IMG/VR virus record: IMGVR_UViG_3300030099_006995
Location: 2,581 to 66,580 of that record
DNA length: 64,000 nt
Reading direction: 5' to 3' (one strand)
Origin: a virus
The position numbers were made by a program, and so were the translations under genes. Every line of letters begins with the position of its first letter. Position 1 is the first letter of the stretch. Under the pieces are notes generated by a model, which was given only the letters and a program-made list of their open reading frames with translations, made no database searches and was not told the DNA's origin. This document shows, piece after piece, positions 18,152 to 27,115 of this stretch.

Positions 18152-18192
18152 TAAAAAAAGCCCCCCTGCTGTGTGAGAACCAGGGAGGCTTT
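18152..18192 (-). terminator. intrinsic terminator of the OMP gene
   Basis: AAAGCCTCCCTG...CAGGGGGGCTTT continuing into a T run on the minus strand. Confidence 0.8.
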
Positions 18193-18207
18193 GGATTTGG
18201 CTACAGA

Positions 18208-18567
18208 TCAGAAGTCGTAGCGAAGACCGGTCTTAATTCCGTATCCGGTATCCGAATCCGAGGTCAAAAAGCTGACCTCTCCGTATGCACTGAGCGTTTC
18301 AGAAATGGCGATAGATGCGCCTGCCTTTCCGCTGAATTGCGTGTCGGCATCGCCAGATGAGGGCTGCACGATGGCAGGTCCGATCTGAGCGTATCCAGTG
18401 ACGCCCTCGCCAAGAGCGCCATCGATGCCAATGTGCAGCTCGTTAATTGCTGAGTGGTCCGATCCGGCGAAACCATCGTTCCGCTCGAAATTTGCGTAGG
18501 GGCCTGCCAGTGCGGGGCCGGACAGAGCGAGTGTTGCAGCGGTTGCTGCGATGGCCTTAAGAATCAT
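18208..18567 (-). CDS. small outer-membrane beta-barrel protein (cyanobacterial/cyanophage type)
   Basis: Signal peptide ..PALA|GPY; SGKAG; YGEVSF; C-terminal GLRYDF BAM signal. Confidence 0.8.
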   Translation of the reverse strand: MILKAIAATAATLALSGPALAGPYANFERNDGFAGSDHSAINELHIGIDGALGEGVTGYAQIGPAIVQPSSGDADTQFSGKAGASIAISETLSAYGEVSFLTSDSDTGYGIKTGLRYDF

Positions 18568-18674
18568 GCTGTTGAAAGAATCAGCACGCAAAGACTAGAG
18601 ACTGTCTTTCAGCTTGCAACCTGTGGCACGCAGAACAGTGGTCGCTACGTTCAGCGCCACATCAGACGAACTGC

Positions 18675-18938
18675 ATGCCACGTCCTGCAACACCGGCCTG
18701 CCAGCGCATGGTCACACCCGCAGAGGCGTGCCAAATCCTTGGGATTTCTGAGACCACACTGAAGCGCTGGCGGCACAGCGACAGGCTTATGCGTGGCGTG
18801 CACTACGTCCAGTACGGACCAAAGACGATTCGATATGACGCTGACTGGCTCAAGCGCTTCAGGGCCACGGGTGGGCGCGGCTCACACAAGCTTGATGTTG
18901 CTAATCACCTGAAGTCAATGAAGCGATCAGCTCCATAG
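18675..18938 (+). CDS. xis: excisionase-like HTH protein
   Basis: TPAEACQILGISETTLKRWR...GVHY...IRYD; convergent on the integrase. Confidence 0.7.
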   Translation: MPRPATPACQRMVTPAEACQILGISETTLKRWRHSDRLMRGVHYVQYGPKTIRYDADWLKRFRATGGRGSHKLDVANHLKSMKRSAP

Positions 18939-20496
18939 CCAGCTTTTGCTTTTCGGACGAGGAGAGGTTCTTGACCAGATCATCGACACCAGCCACTCTC
19001 TTGACCTTGTCCTGCTGCGGGAAGCTCAGCACGCCGGAGTAGTGGTTTCTCATCGTGGTTTCTTTATCCCCAATCCAATAAGCGATCTGCCGCTGGCTGT
19101 ACTCACCAATGCGGCACATCATGCTGACGTAGGTGTGGCGCAGGTTGTACGGACGGCGATAGCGAACACCGGCCTCAGCGCATGCCCGCATGAAGTACCT
19201 GCGGAAGTTGTGCCAGTCATAAGGCAGCCGGAAGTCATCGCCTGCCCCTGGCCCCTGGAACACAAGACGCTTACGCCACTCCTGGTTCGCCATGCAGGCG
19301 AGCTTCCTGGGCATCAGCGACTCAACCGCCTTCTTGAACAGGTTTTCAAAGCCCGGAACAAAGGTGTTGAGCTCAGGCTGGTGCTCCGTACCGTTCTTGA
19401 CGCGCTTGAACCTTTTCTCGGGGTCGAGGTGCAAACGGTGCTTCTTAAAAACAGCTAGCTCAAACAAGACTGGGTCTCCTGTTAAGACAAATTCCTGAGC
19501 TCGAGGAACGTGGTAGCCGAGCTGGTGCCCTTCCCAAAGACCCAGGATGTGATCCCAGCGCAGGGCTAACACTTCATTGGGCCTTGCACCAGTCGCAAGC
19601 AAAATTGCGAACAGAGGGAAGTAAGGCTTCAGATAGTCATTCCTAAGGAATGCCTTACACAACGCCTCAGCTTCGGGTGGCGTGAAAGGCTGCGCTCGAG
19701 AATTCTCATCGCCGACCTTCATGTCTTCGATGATTATGTCGACCTGCTTGCGCTCGGTATTGATCGGGTTGCCGCGACCTTCGCTGTCCTGAACGCCCCA
19801 GTGAATCCCCGGCCGAACACCTGAGGACTTTGGCTTTTTACTGGCTCGACTCAGCGCGGCCGACAACAGTGCATAGACACCACGCAAAGTGCTGTACTTA
19901 AAACCCTCAGCAATCCACGCCTGTGTCATTTGCATGGCGATGTCTTCATCCAGGTCGCTGCATTCGACATGCCCAAAAACTTCACCGTTCTTGCTGCGCA
20001 TAGCCAGCAACTTGAAAGCTTGATCGCCGTAAGTATCTTTCTGGTTCTCGGAACCAAGAGCCTGCTGGATATGCCAACGCAGGGCAAATCCAAGCGTGCC
20101 GAATGGATACGTCTTTGAAACCTTGGGCCGATTGATGTGATCAGTCCTTAGCTCCCCCATCCAATACCCGTCCTGCATGCCTTCGAGGATTCCCTGGAAG
20201 GTCATGAACTTCTCGGGGTACTGCTTAAGGAACGCCAGCGCATCCTCTTTGCTGGTGATATCCCTCGGGCAGTTGATACCAAGGCTCTGGCAAACGATCG
20301 AACGATCTCGTGAGTAGTCCCTCGCCCGGATACGAAAGCCACGGTTGTTGCTTTCAACCTCGATAGCAAGCGAACGCTTACGTCCATTACGTGGCGGCAA
20401 GTCGACCTTGTGAATTACTCCTGCAGCAGGTGCCATGAGCGTCGTCCAGTTAGGTGCAATCACCTCCACCGGTTTGACCTTGTCCGATAGCCCCAT
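18901..20496 (-). CDS. int: tyrosine integrase
   Basis: LATGARPNEVLALRW, KNG, YNLRHTY, IAYWIGD, NHY catalytic set. Confidence 0.92.
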   Translation of the reverse strand: MGLSDKVKPVEVIAPNWTTLMAPAAGVIHKVDLPPRNGRKRSLAIEVESNNRGFRIRARDYSRDRSIVCQSLGINCPRDITSKEDALAFLKQYPEKFMTFQGILEGMQDGYWMGELRTDHINRPKVSKTYPFGTLGFALRWHIQQALGSENQKDTYGDQAFKLLAMRSKNGEVFGHVECSDLDEDIAMQMTQAWIAEGFKYSTLRGVYALLSAALSRASKKPKSSGVRPGIHWGVQDSEGRGNPINTERKQVDIIIEDMKVGDENSRAQPFTPPEAEALCKAFLRNDYLKPYFPLFAILLATGARPNEVLALRWDHILGLWEGHQLGYHVPRAQEFVLTGDPVLFELAVFKKHRLHLDPEKRFKRVKNGTEHQPELNTFVPGFENLFKKAVESLMPRKLACMANQEWRKRLVFQGPGAGDDFRLPYDWHNFRRYFMRACAEAGVRYRRPYNLRHTYVSMMCRIGEYSQRQIAYWIGDKETTMRNHYSGVLSFPQQDKVKRVAGVDDLVKNLSSSEKQKLAMELIASLTSGD

Positions 20497-20520
20497 GACC
20501 CCGAAATCGAAGGAACGGGG

Positions 20521-20705
20521 GGCGGTAGTCAGTGGTGGAAGTTGACCGGAGATGACCCGATTTGACCGGATCTTTTCTACCAGTGAACCTTTGAGAACCC
20601 TTGCAATGACTGAAATTTAGCGACTGTGCGCGTAAAATGCCATTTTAGTGACACCCCAGTCAGGGCAACGGATCTCAGAGGCTTCTACCAGTTTCTACCA
20701 GTTGA
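20521..20705. other. attP site (arm-type repeats, inverted 21-bp accessory sites, core)
   Basis: TGACC(G/C)GA x3 at 10-bp spacing (20541-20570); TTCTACCAGT at 20575, 20683 and 20693; inverted repeat 20592-20612/20657-20677 flanking a core with TAAAAT-GCC-ATTTTA. Confidence 0.7.
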
Positions 20706-20796
20706 CACTTAAGGAGTCAAGTCACTGCAAACAACCCCTGGCTCGGCTCAGGGGTGCCGTTGTATAGTCGACCGGTGCTTACGAGCACACCCGGAA

Positions 20797-20869
20797 GGGG
20801 CCTTGGCACAGTTGGTAGCGCGCCTGCATGGCATGCAGGAGGACAGGAGTTCGAATCTCCTAGGCTCCA
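20797..20869 (+). tRNA. tRNA-Ala(GGC)
   Basis: Acceptor GGGGCCT/AGGCTCC with G3:U70; anticodon arm CCTGC-ATGGCAT-GCAGG; T arm AGGAG-TTCGAAT-CTCCT; CCA not encoded. Confidence 0.93.
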
Positions 20870-20871
20870 TT

Positions 20872-21072
20872 TCAAGACCACGGCCAGGAGAGTTCGACGT
20901 CTCCTCGCCATACGTCTTCATCGATAGGCGTCTCTGCAACGTGCCTACGAAAGCTCTCCTTCAGTTCCTCGAGGGAGCAGCCAACGTCTGCTGCGGCATG
21001 GGCGACGTTCGACTTGCCACGGAAGCAGAGGTCAATTGCCTCCTCCTGGGTAAGGCGGGCCATCAAAAGCAA
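20872..21072 (-). CDS. hypothetical protein
   Basis: Small ORF, HTH-like NVAHAAADVGCSLEELK. Confidence 0.5.
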   Translation of the reverse strand: MLLMARLTQEEAIDLCFRGKSNVAHAAADVGCSLEELKESFRRHVAETPIDEDVWRGDVELSWPWS

Positions 21073-21476
21073 CGATTACAAGTCCAGCGAAACAAAGCGG
21101 CACTGCCCACGACAGCAGCCAGATCATCTGAACGCTGACCAAGCGACAACGACAAAAGCGAGCCAACCAACCAGCGCCAGATAAGCCATCAGTAACGGTC
21201 GGGCATCAACTGTTGGATCAGAAATTCAAGCCTCTTGCGATCTTCACGAGGCATCAACGGGCCTTCGACTTCTGCGCGTTTCATCAAATCGTGCAGCTCT
21301 GAACTGTCTTGACTCATTCGTTGAGCTTTGTCCTATTAAACGTAACTAGCGCTGTAGTTTCTTGTGCGCTTTATCTGCCTTCTTGATGAGTTTTTGAGCC
21401 TCCTTTCTAGACTCGCAGGCATCAGCAAGGATGGCTAAATTCAGCAGCTTTTTATGCTGTTTAGCTGGATTCATAG

Positions 21477-22157
21477 CTACATGATTGATTGCCCCACATA
21501 AATACGATTTACGTCCTTGATATTGTTTCGACGCGCAAGCTCTTCAATTGAGGTTCCCAACCGGGCGGCAATCTCGCTCAACGTGTCACCGCTCTTGACC
21601 ATGTAAGGCTGAGGCTTGGATTGCGGCAGCTCTGGCTGATCGAAGGTGATGTCATGGCTGGCTGAGCCATGTTTCATCGAGTCAGCGAGCAGCGCTTCGA
21701 CTGGCTTGTAGAACGAGCCCTTGATGTTGCCGGCTTGGAGCTGACGCCTACCTTCGTCCAAGGCCTGACTTGCCGTCACGTTGGTGTCATATGGGCTGAC
21801 CAGTCGTATAGGCCGTCCGGCTTCGTCGTACTCGAAAGCATTCCGACTTACGTTGCCAAAGGTGTACTTGGCACCTACTCCGCCGGGCGTGCGGTCGTAG
21901 TCTTCATATTTAATAACTGGATCATTCGGATCGCGCTGGTTCGCGTTCTCCATAGCCCTAAGCAGGCCTTGCTTCATCTCATCCGAGACCTCCCTGTCGA
22001 CCCGATTCTTACCGCTGTAATTATCAAAAATTGCAGGGACAGCCTCCCCTGCTGCCATGTAGGCCCCTTTCAAGAAGTCAAGCTTGTCGCCCAGCACGTC
22101 GCCAGCAAAGCGCTCGACTGACTTGCCGACAGGATTGAGGATTGATAATAGGTTCAT
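21477..22157 (-). CDS. LysM-domain protein
   Basis: C-terminal [39 protein letters not shown]. Confidence 0.85.
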   Translation of the reverse strand: MNLLSILNPVGKSVERFAGDVLGDKLDFLKGAYMAAGEAVPAIFDNYSGKNRVDREVSDEMKQGLLRAMENANQRDPNDPVIKYEDYDRTPGGVGAKYTFGNVSRNAFEYDEAGRPIRLVSPYDTNVTASQALDEGRRQLQAGNIKGSFYKPVEALLADSMKHGSASHDITFDQPELPQSKPQPYMVKSGDTLSEIAARLGTSIEELARRNNIKDVNRIYVGQSIM

Positions 22158-22159
22158 TA

Positions 22160-22450
22160 TTACCAGGAGTAGTTACAGGACCAGTAGCCAGGAGTTGTCT
22201 TGTCTTTCTTCTCATCGCAATTGTGGCGAGCTTTAAATGACCGTCTTCGCTCGGCATCACCGTGGCCGGAACCTTTCTTGCCGCCCTCGGAATGGTGCTC
22301 CATGTTCGGGTCACCAAAGCGAACGATCTTGTGTTTGCCGTTCTTGTCCTTGACCAGGACAGCGAACTTCTTGGATTTGCCAGGTGTTTTCTTCGGCTTA
22401 TTTAGCCCACTAAAGACCTCTCCGGCATAGCGGATCTTCTTCTTGCTCAT
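22160..22450 (-). CDS. basic hypothetical protein (DUF5754-like)
   Basis: KKFAVLV...[10 protein letters not shown]...[10 protein letters not shown]....TPGYWS. Confidence 0.65.
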   Translation of the reverse strand: MSKKKIRYAGEVFSGLNKPKKTPGKSKKFAVLVKDKNGKHKIVRFGDPNMEHHSEGGKKGSGHGDAERRRSFKARHNCDEKKDKTTPGYWSCNYSW

Positions 22451-22983
22451 GACCGCATGTCCTCCATCAGAGATGTAAGACGCAGTGCTTGGTTCTTGTG
22501 CTTGTCAGAAGCGCCATGCAACTGCTTGATGACGTCGCCCATCTCACTACTCACGCTTGGATCAACGTCCTTCTGCTCCTTTTCGCTGGTGATCGGCCCG
22601 CCATGGACCCAGGCATCACAGGTTCGAGCGCCAGCACACTTGAAATGGAACAGCTGGCAGTAGCCGAGATTCGCAGCGCTCGTCATCACGGCTGGATCGG
22701 TCGGCCCCTGGGCGTTGATCCCCTGCTGAATGCAGAACATGATGTTGCCGGTCTGGTCAAAAACAGCGCAGTTAGCGCATCGAGCTGTCTTAGCCGTTTC
22801 GACATCCGTATTCCAAAGCTGAGCCTTCTGCTCCCAGAAGCCATCGTCAGGAGCATCTGGATTCAGAGGGCCGTAGCCAAAGTTCCGGATCGTCCAGTCA
22901 CGGTTCTTGGTGTTCTCCTCGACGTCCTTGGTGGCTGTCGGGCACTCGAGAGCCTTGCCGGCAAAACGCTTTTCGTCGCTCAT
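22447..22983 (-). CDS. Cys-rich phage hypothetical protein
   Basis: CPTAT, YGPLNP, CANC, GYC..FHFKCA..RTCDAW. Confidence 0.65.
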   Translation of the reverse strand: MSDEKRFAGKALECPTATKDVEENTKNRDWTIRNFGYGPLNPDAPDDGFWEQKAQLWNTDVETAKTARCANCAVFDQTGNIMFCIQQGINAQGPTDPAVMTSAANLGYCQLFHFKCAGARTCDAWVHGGPITSEKEQKDVDPSVSSEMGDVIKQLHGASDKHKNQALRLTSLMEDMRS

Positions 22984-23183
22984 GATTTACTCCTGTAAGA
23001 AGTAGCCCGCTTGCGTGCTTCGGCAGCGGCCTTGGTGTTCTTGACCTGGTGGCCAACAGGCTTGTCACCGGCAGCCTTCTTCTTGTCGTCAGTCGCCTTG
23101 CGCTCTTCTTTGGACATCGAGGCCCAAGCGGCTTTCGGGAGGTACCGCTCGGTCCGGCCTTTCTCTCTTGCTCGATCAGCCAT
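22980..23183 (-). CDS. DUF5872-like protein, C-terminal half
   Basis: TERYLPKAAWASMSKEERKATDDKKK...QVKNTKAA. Confidence 0.55.
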   Translation of the reverse strand: MADRAREKGRTERYLPKAAWASMSKEERKATDDKKKAAGDKPVGHQVKNTKAAAEARKRATSYRSKS

Positions 23184-23542
23184 TAGAAACTCACCCCTAC
23201 GGTGTCAAGAGAGATAGGTGGCACCAAATTTGGATTGGCGATGTATCTCAGCTGAGCGTTGGCTAGCCGTTGTTTCGCCTCTGGTGTCAAAAGATATTCA
23301 GGCCCTTGTCCAACATCGACGTATTCGTAGTCCGGATGATTAGATAGCGCTTCTCGCAAGGCACGCAGCTCTAACTCATCTTCTGCAATCTCCTCAGGCG
23401 ATGGATTTTCAACCATGCCGTATCGGTCATAGCCGAGATCCTCGTCTGACAGATACATAGGTCGGCCTTGCGCGTCACGGCCACCTCTGTCTTCAGCCAA
23501 TAGCCGAAGCACGTCAACATCACCAGCCATTCGTCTAGCCAT
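23183..23542 (-). CDS. hypothetical protein (RxAG motif)
   Basis: MARRMAGDV start with GGAGG RBS. Confidence 0.6.
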   Translation of the reverse strand: MARRMAGDVDVLRLLAEDRGGRDAQGRPMYLSDEDLGYDRYGMVENPSPEEIAEDELELRALREALSNHPDYEYVDVGQGPEYLLTPEAKQRLANAQLRYIANPNLVPPISLDTVGVSF

Positions 23543-23647
23543 GAAGTTCCTCCTCCTCGAACAGAGGGCACGGCTCCTCAAAGAGCATGGCGTTCCTCAT
23601 CTCACGAACGCGGGCCAGAAGTTCCTCGAAGTCCTGCTCTGTCATTG

Positions 23648-24016
23648 TCAAAAAGACATTGGTGGGAACCGAAGACTGTCGCCCGGGTAGCCCGACTCAC
23701 GGTTCAGTCGTTCCACCATCGACATGCCGTCTTGAAAGTTGTCGCCCAGTCCTTGCCCAGTGATCAACTGGGATAAGGAGTTTGGAACTGCCGTAGCCAA
23801 CGAACCAGCATTGAGAGCAATATCCGCTGGAGAACCTCCTTTGATGGCAGTCGCGGCGCCCCTATAAACAGGCCCTTTCATCAAAAGATCCAGCAGAGCT
23901 TTGCCTGCCATCCGCATAGTGCCAGTAGAAGATTTCTCTGGCATTCCACGCATGCTTTGACGAGCAGAGTCTGTTCTCTGCTGTCTTGCCATTTCTTGAT
24001 ACAGGGCTTCAGTCAT
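23648..24016 (-). CDS. hypothetical protein (RxAG motif)
   Basis: ATGA overlap; MRMAGKAL. Confidence 0.6.
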   Translation of the reverse strand: MTEALYQEMARQQRTDSARQSMRGMPEKSSTGTMRMAGKALLDLLMKGPVYRGAATAIKGGSPADIALNAGSLATAVPNSLSQLITGQGLGDNFQDGMSMVERLNRESGYPGDSLRFPPMSF

Positions 24017-24240
24017 TTTTTCTTTTCGTATTCCTCGCGGGTCTGCCAATCCTCTTTGCTCCACTTAGAGAGCTTGTTGTCTTTGGACTTCTTGCCTTCG
24101 TACGTCCCCCCGGCCTCCTTGTAGTAGCGGGTGGCGAGCTGCATGGCTCGAGCCGAGTGGCCGCCCATCTTCTTGCGAGCCCGGGCTTTGGCCTCAGCCC
24201 ACTTCTTAGGGTCGCGTTTTTTCGCAGTTCCGTCAGACAT
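24013..24240 (-). CDS. DUF5872-like protein, N-terminal half
   Basis: HSARAMQLATRYYKEAGGTY...LSKWSKEDWQT. Confidence 0.6.
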   Translation of the reverse strand: MSDGTAKKRDPKKWAEAKARARKKMGGHSARAMQLATRYYKEAGGTYEGKKSKDNKLSKWSKEDWQTREEYEKKK

Positions 24241-24244
24241 TTAC

Positions 24245-24667
24245 TTAAAACGGATAGCGCTTCATAACTTCGGCTTGATCTTCTGGAGACATATCTCTAG
24301 GCAAGCCGTATTCGTTCATATCCCCAAAGCCAGGAGTCATGCCGCTGTCCATGCGACTCTTTTGGTCTGCAACGATCCGGCCGTATGGACCCATATCAAG
24401 TCCGAGACCGGGAGCCATGCCACCAAAAAATTCACGGACCTCGCCTGGTGTCATCCGCTTGGGCTCATTGCGAATTTCAAGCGTTCTAAGTTCGCCCCCA
24501 TCACGCTCAGGCACGTATTCCAGTGCCTTGAGAACGGCCCTAGTGAAACCATCAGCAATGCGCTGATCCATGCCCTCGTCTTGGGGCATGCCCTGAGCAG
24601 CGCGTCCCATATAAAGGACAACGTCAGGGTCAAGGTCCAAGCCTTCACCAGCACGGCGAGTAAACAT
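24245..24667 (-). CDS. hypothetical protein (RxAG motif)
   Basis: MFTRRAGE start; TAGAAT upstream at 24694-24699. Confidence 0.6.
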   Translation of the reverse strand: MFTRRAGEGLDLDPDVVLYMGRAAQGMPQDEGMDQRIADGFTRAVLKALEYVPERDGGELRTLEIRNEPKRMTPGEVREFFGGMAPGLGLDMGPYGRIVADQKSRMDSGMTPGFGDMNEYGLPRDMSPEDQAEVMKRYPF

Positions 24668-24696
24668 TAAATAGGACCAACTTTATTAAGTAGATT

Positions 24697-25047
24697 CTAG
24701 AGTTTTTCACTATTCAATCCTTGCTCCAATACGGGCCTTAGATGCTCTGCTATTGGATAGTGACGCAGCAGTGCCCTGGCCTCGCGCCTGACTTCACGCG
24801 GAATTCTCGGCGTTTCTTTTGTATTGATCAAACGCAGTAAAAAATCTCGAGTAGCCACCACAGCAGTGACCTGCTGCGATGGGCTCGAGATCATCCGCCG
24901 AGGGCGTTCAGTCGACATAGACACTGACCGTGTCCATGGTTTCGTGAAAACATGCGACCTGCTCATCGACCGCCTCTTTACCGATCTCTTCGCAGTGCTG
25001 CTGGTATAGGCCTGTGAAAGTACCGAGCAGACCAGGCTCGGCTTCAT
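24697..25047 (-). CDS. hypothetical protein (BPSL0761-like); start probably downstream
   Basis: TRDFLLRL...TPRIPREVRREARALLRHYP. Confidence 0.55.
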   Translation of the reverse strand: MKPSLVCSVLSQAYTSSTAKRSVKRRSMSRSHVFTKPWTRSVSMSTERPRRMISSPSQQVTAVVATRDFLLRLINTKETPRIPREVRREARALLRHYPIAEHLRPVLEQGLNSEKL

Positions 25048-25129
25048 CCCTCTTGTAGAGCTTGTACAAGTAGTCCATGTAGTCAGCCCTGTTCTGGTCC
25101 TGCTGGCACTGGGGAGACGTTCGCATCAC
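24908..25129 (-). CDS. hypothetical protein
   Basis: RADYMDYLYKLYKR...GTFTGLYQ. Confidence 0.5.
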   Translation of the reverse strand: MMRTSPQCQQDQNRADYMDYLYKLYKRDEAEPGLLGTFTGLYQQHCEEIGKEAVDEQVACFHETMDTVSVYVD

Positions 25130-25227
25130 TGGTTTCTTGCGCTCCGCAAGCCTAGGCAGTCACAAAGCGAGATCAAGCTTGCATCGCCAAAAATCATTGC
25201 CAAAATGACTGAAGCCACGACAGCAGC

Positions 25228-25380
25228 ATGCAGAAGCCCAGCAAGGACGAGATTGAGCAATACTTCAAGACGTGGTGGCTGGACAACTATCTGGTTCCTT
25301 TGAATAAGAGTCCTATGGGAGTTGTCGATTTCATCAGTGCTTTCTACGACGAATACTGCACTGAATCTGCCGATAAATAG
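25228..25380 (+). CDS. small hypothetical protein
   Basis: 50 aa ORF MQKPSKDEIEQYFKTWWLDNY, below the ORF-track cutoff. Confidence 0.45.
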   Translation: MQKPSKDEIEQYFKTWWLDNYLVPLNKSPMGVVDFISAFYDEYCTESADK

Positions 25381-25415
25381 GATTCTTAGAATTTGGGGGA
25401 TCGGAGATCCCCCTT

Positions 25416-25559
25416 ATGAGTAGCGAAACACTTGCACTGATTGCAATCATTGTCGCTGCGGCATCTGAGTGCATTGCACTGAACCCGAAGCTGCGCAGCA
25501 ATAGCGTCATCCAGCTTTTGATGGCTGGCCTTAGCTCTGCATTCCCCAAGAAAAAATGA
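25416..25559 (+). CDS. small membrane protein (holin-like)
   Basis: MSSETLALIAIIVAAASECIALNPKLRSNSVIQLL...KKK; ATGA overlap with the next gene. Confidence 0.6.
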   Translation: MSSETLALIAIIVAAASECIALNPKLRSNSVIQLLMAGLSSAFPKKK

Positions 25560-25867
25560 ACCTCCCAACCCTTAAGAAGGATGGGGAGGCGGCCCCAAAG
25601 AAGAAAGACGAGAACAAGTTTGAATGGCATGACGAGGGTGTTTCAACCCTGGTCCGCATCGTCATCCTCGGCTGGTCAGGGGCGATCCTGACACTGAACT
25701 ATGTATCGATCCCTGGACTTGAACAGCGCCAGATCGATCCAACTTTCATCGCCAGCGTGTTTACCGGCTGTCTCGCCAGTTTTAACATCCAGACCTCAAA
25801 GAAAAAGGAGGAAAAGGAGGATAACAATCAGAAGAAGGTAGCCGACCAAATCGATTCTCCCAAATGA
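25556..25867 (+). CDS. two-TM membrane protein, cyanophage type
   Basis: LVRIVILGWSGAILTLNY...IDPTFIASVFTG. Confidence 0.65.
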   Translation: MNLPTLKKDGEAAPKKKDENKFEWHDEGVSTLVRIVILGWSGAILTLNYVSIPGLEQRQIDPTFIASVFTGCLASFNIQTSKKKEEKEDNNQKKVADQIDSPK

Positions 25868-26376
25868 AAAAGCTTCTTAGCGCGCTCGTAATCGCTTCGG
25901 CGTTCGCTGCGCCGGCACAAGCAGACATCATCCACCGTATTTCTAGCTCAGTACAGCTATCGGTTGACGCTGCTGCATCTAACGCCACAAGAGTTCCTTC
26001 GGTCTACTCAGTAAGTGGATCGAACTTAAACACTACAGATGGCAACACATCTGGGAACATCGGTCGCCTTGCAGCATTTTCTGCTGGTACAGCTCCGGGT
26101 TTTACTGGCACAACAGCCAGCGTAAAAGTTGCTGGCGAAGACTTTAGTTTTACTGAGTCTTATATCGAAGGAGACAAGCCTCATGCCGGTAGTTCCGTTG
26201 CGTCTGGCGTGATTGGGACCCTCCCCGTTCTGGGATCGACGGTCACCAGCGCGGGCGGAGTGGCCTCAACCTTGGCAGGCACTGTGGGCACTGACGGTGC
26301 AGTCACCATCACTGCAGGGGGCGCAGGCACAACTGCTACAGCACAACACGTTTCGGAGCTAAGTATTTTCAACTGA
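25864..26376 (+). CDS. secreted Ser/Thr/Gly-rich protein
   Basis: Signal peptide APAQA|[12 protein letters not shown]. Confidence 0.7.
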   Translation: MKKLLSALVIASAFAAPAQADIIHRISSSVQLSVDAAASNATRVPSVYSVSGSNLNTTDGNTSGNIGRLAAFSAGTAPGFTGTTASVKVAGEDFSFTESYIEGDKPHAGSSVASGVIGTLPVLGSTVTSAGGVASTLAGTVGTDGAVTITAGGAGTTATAQHVSELSIFN

Positions 26377-26666
26377 TGAAGCGCAGCATCACATTTCACG
26401 GCGACAACGGAATCGAATCCTTTGATTGCCCTGAAGAAGAATATATTCTCGACGCGGCCGAAGACGCCGGCATTGCCCTGCCCTATTCTTGCAGGGCTGG
26501 CGCTTGTTGCTCCTGTGCGGCCAAGATAATTGCCGGCGAAGTCGATCAAAGCGATCAATCCTTCCTAGACGATGATCAGATCGAGGCGGGCTACGTGCTT
26601 TTGTGCGTGGCCTACCCAAAGACTGACTTGGTCGTTAAGCCTGGCGTCGAGGACGAGTTGTACTGA
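26376..26666 (+). CDS. petF: plant-type 2Fe-2S ferredoxin
   Basis: [13 protein letters not shown]...[23 protein letters not shown]. Confidence 0.95.
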   Translation: MKRSITFHGDNGIESFDCPEEEYILDAAEDAGIALPYSCRAGACCSCAAKIIAGEVDQSDQSFLDDDQIEAGYVLLCVAYPKTDLVVKPGVEDELY

Positions 26667-26680
26667 ACTGGGGTTAACCA

Positions 26681-27115
26681 GTGAAACACCTGTTATTTAT
26701 TGGCGCTCTCCTGTTGTTTGCAGGTAGAGCGCATTCGGTCCCCGTGGTTCCCTCGTTCAGCATGGGGAAAATGACAACAAGGACCGAAACCACCCAGGAG
26801 ACAACTGAGCTGATTCGCTCGGTAGATTACAACACAGGTTGGTCATACGCAGTCTCTGGAACTGGGGTCGAACCGAGCAGCGGAGATGTCTCTGTAAGCT
26901 CGCAATCTTCCTCCTTCCAGATTGACTCAGACACACAGGCTGGATGGACGCAACTCAACATGAGCAACAAGCCCACATGGAGACAAACGACTCCAGGGGC
27001 AAGTTTCAGCTTCGTCGAGTCATACACAGGCCCTGGCGTATCCAACGTGACGACAATCGACCGCAAGGTGACAACAAGAAGCATCACCGATACCACAAGT
27101 ATCTTTCAGCGCTGA
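26681..27115 (+). CDS. secreted protein
   Basis: Signal peptide then VPVVPSF; PGASFSFVESYTGPG. Confidence 0.7.
   Translation: MKHLLFIGALLLFAGRAHSVPVVPSFSMGKMTTRTETTQETTELIRSVDYNTGWSYAVSGTGVEPSSGDVSVSSQSSSFQIDSDTQAGWTQLNMSNKPTWRQTTPGASFSFVESYTGPGVSNVTTIDRKVTTRSITDTTSIFQR

Noticed and set aside
17985-18152. TAG read-through ORF (MSCISPD...PF*RSEPALE...) suggesting stop-codon recoding
   Set aside because: TAG is a normal stop in many genes here, no suppressor tRNA is present, and the ATG lies in a terminator tail
20541-20702. Short repeats as a mini-CRISPR array
   Set aside because: 10-bp units without unique spacers; no cas genes (the PD-(D/E)XK nuclease lacks the Cas4 Fe-S cysteine pattern)
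20720-20760. ACTGCAAACAAC resembling a tmRNA resume region
   Set aside because: No tag peptide ending in AA-stop and no tmRNA tRNA-like domain
18675-20869. xis-int as a separate mobile element inserted in the phage tRNA
   Set aside because: No duplicated tRNA end on the far side; an intact attP fits the phage's own lysogeny module
23184-24012. Intron interrupting the DUF5872-like gene
   Set aside because: The interval is filled with coupled ORFs, no group I/II core was seen, and both halves have their own start and stop
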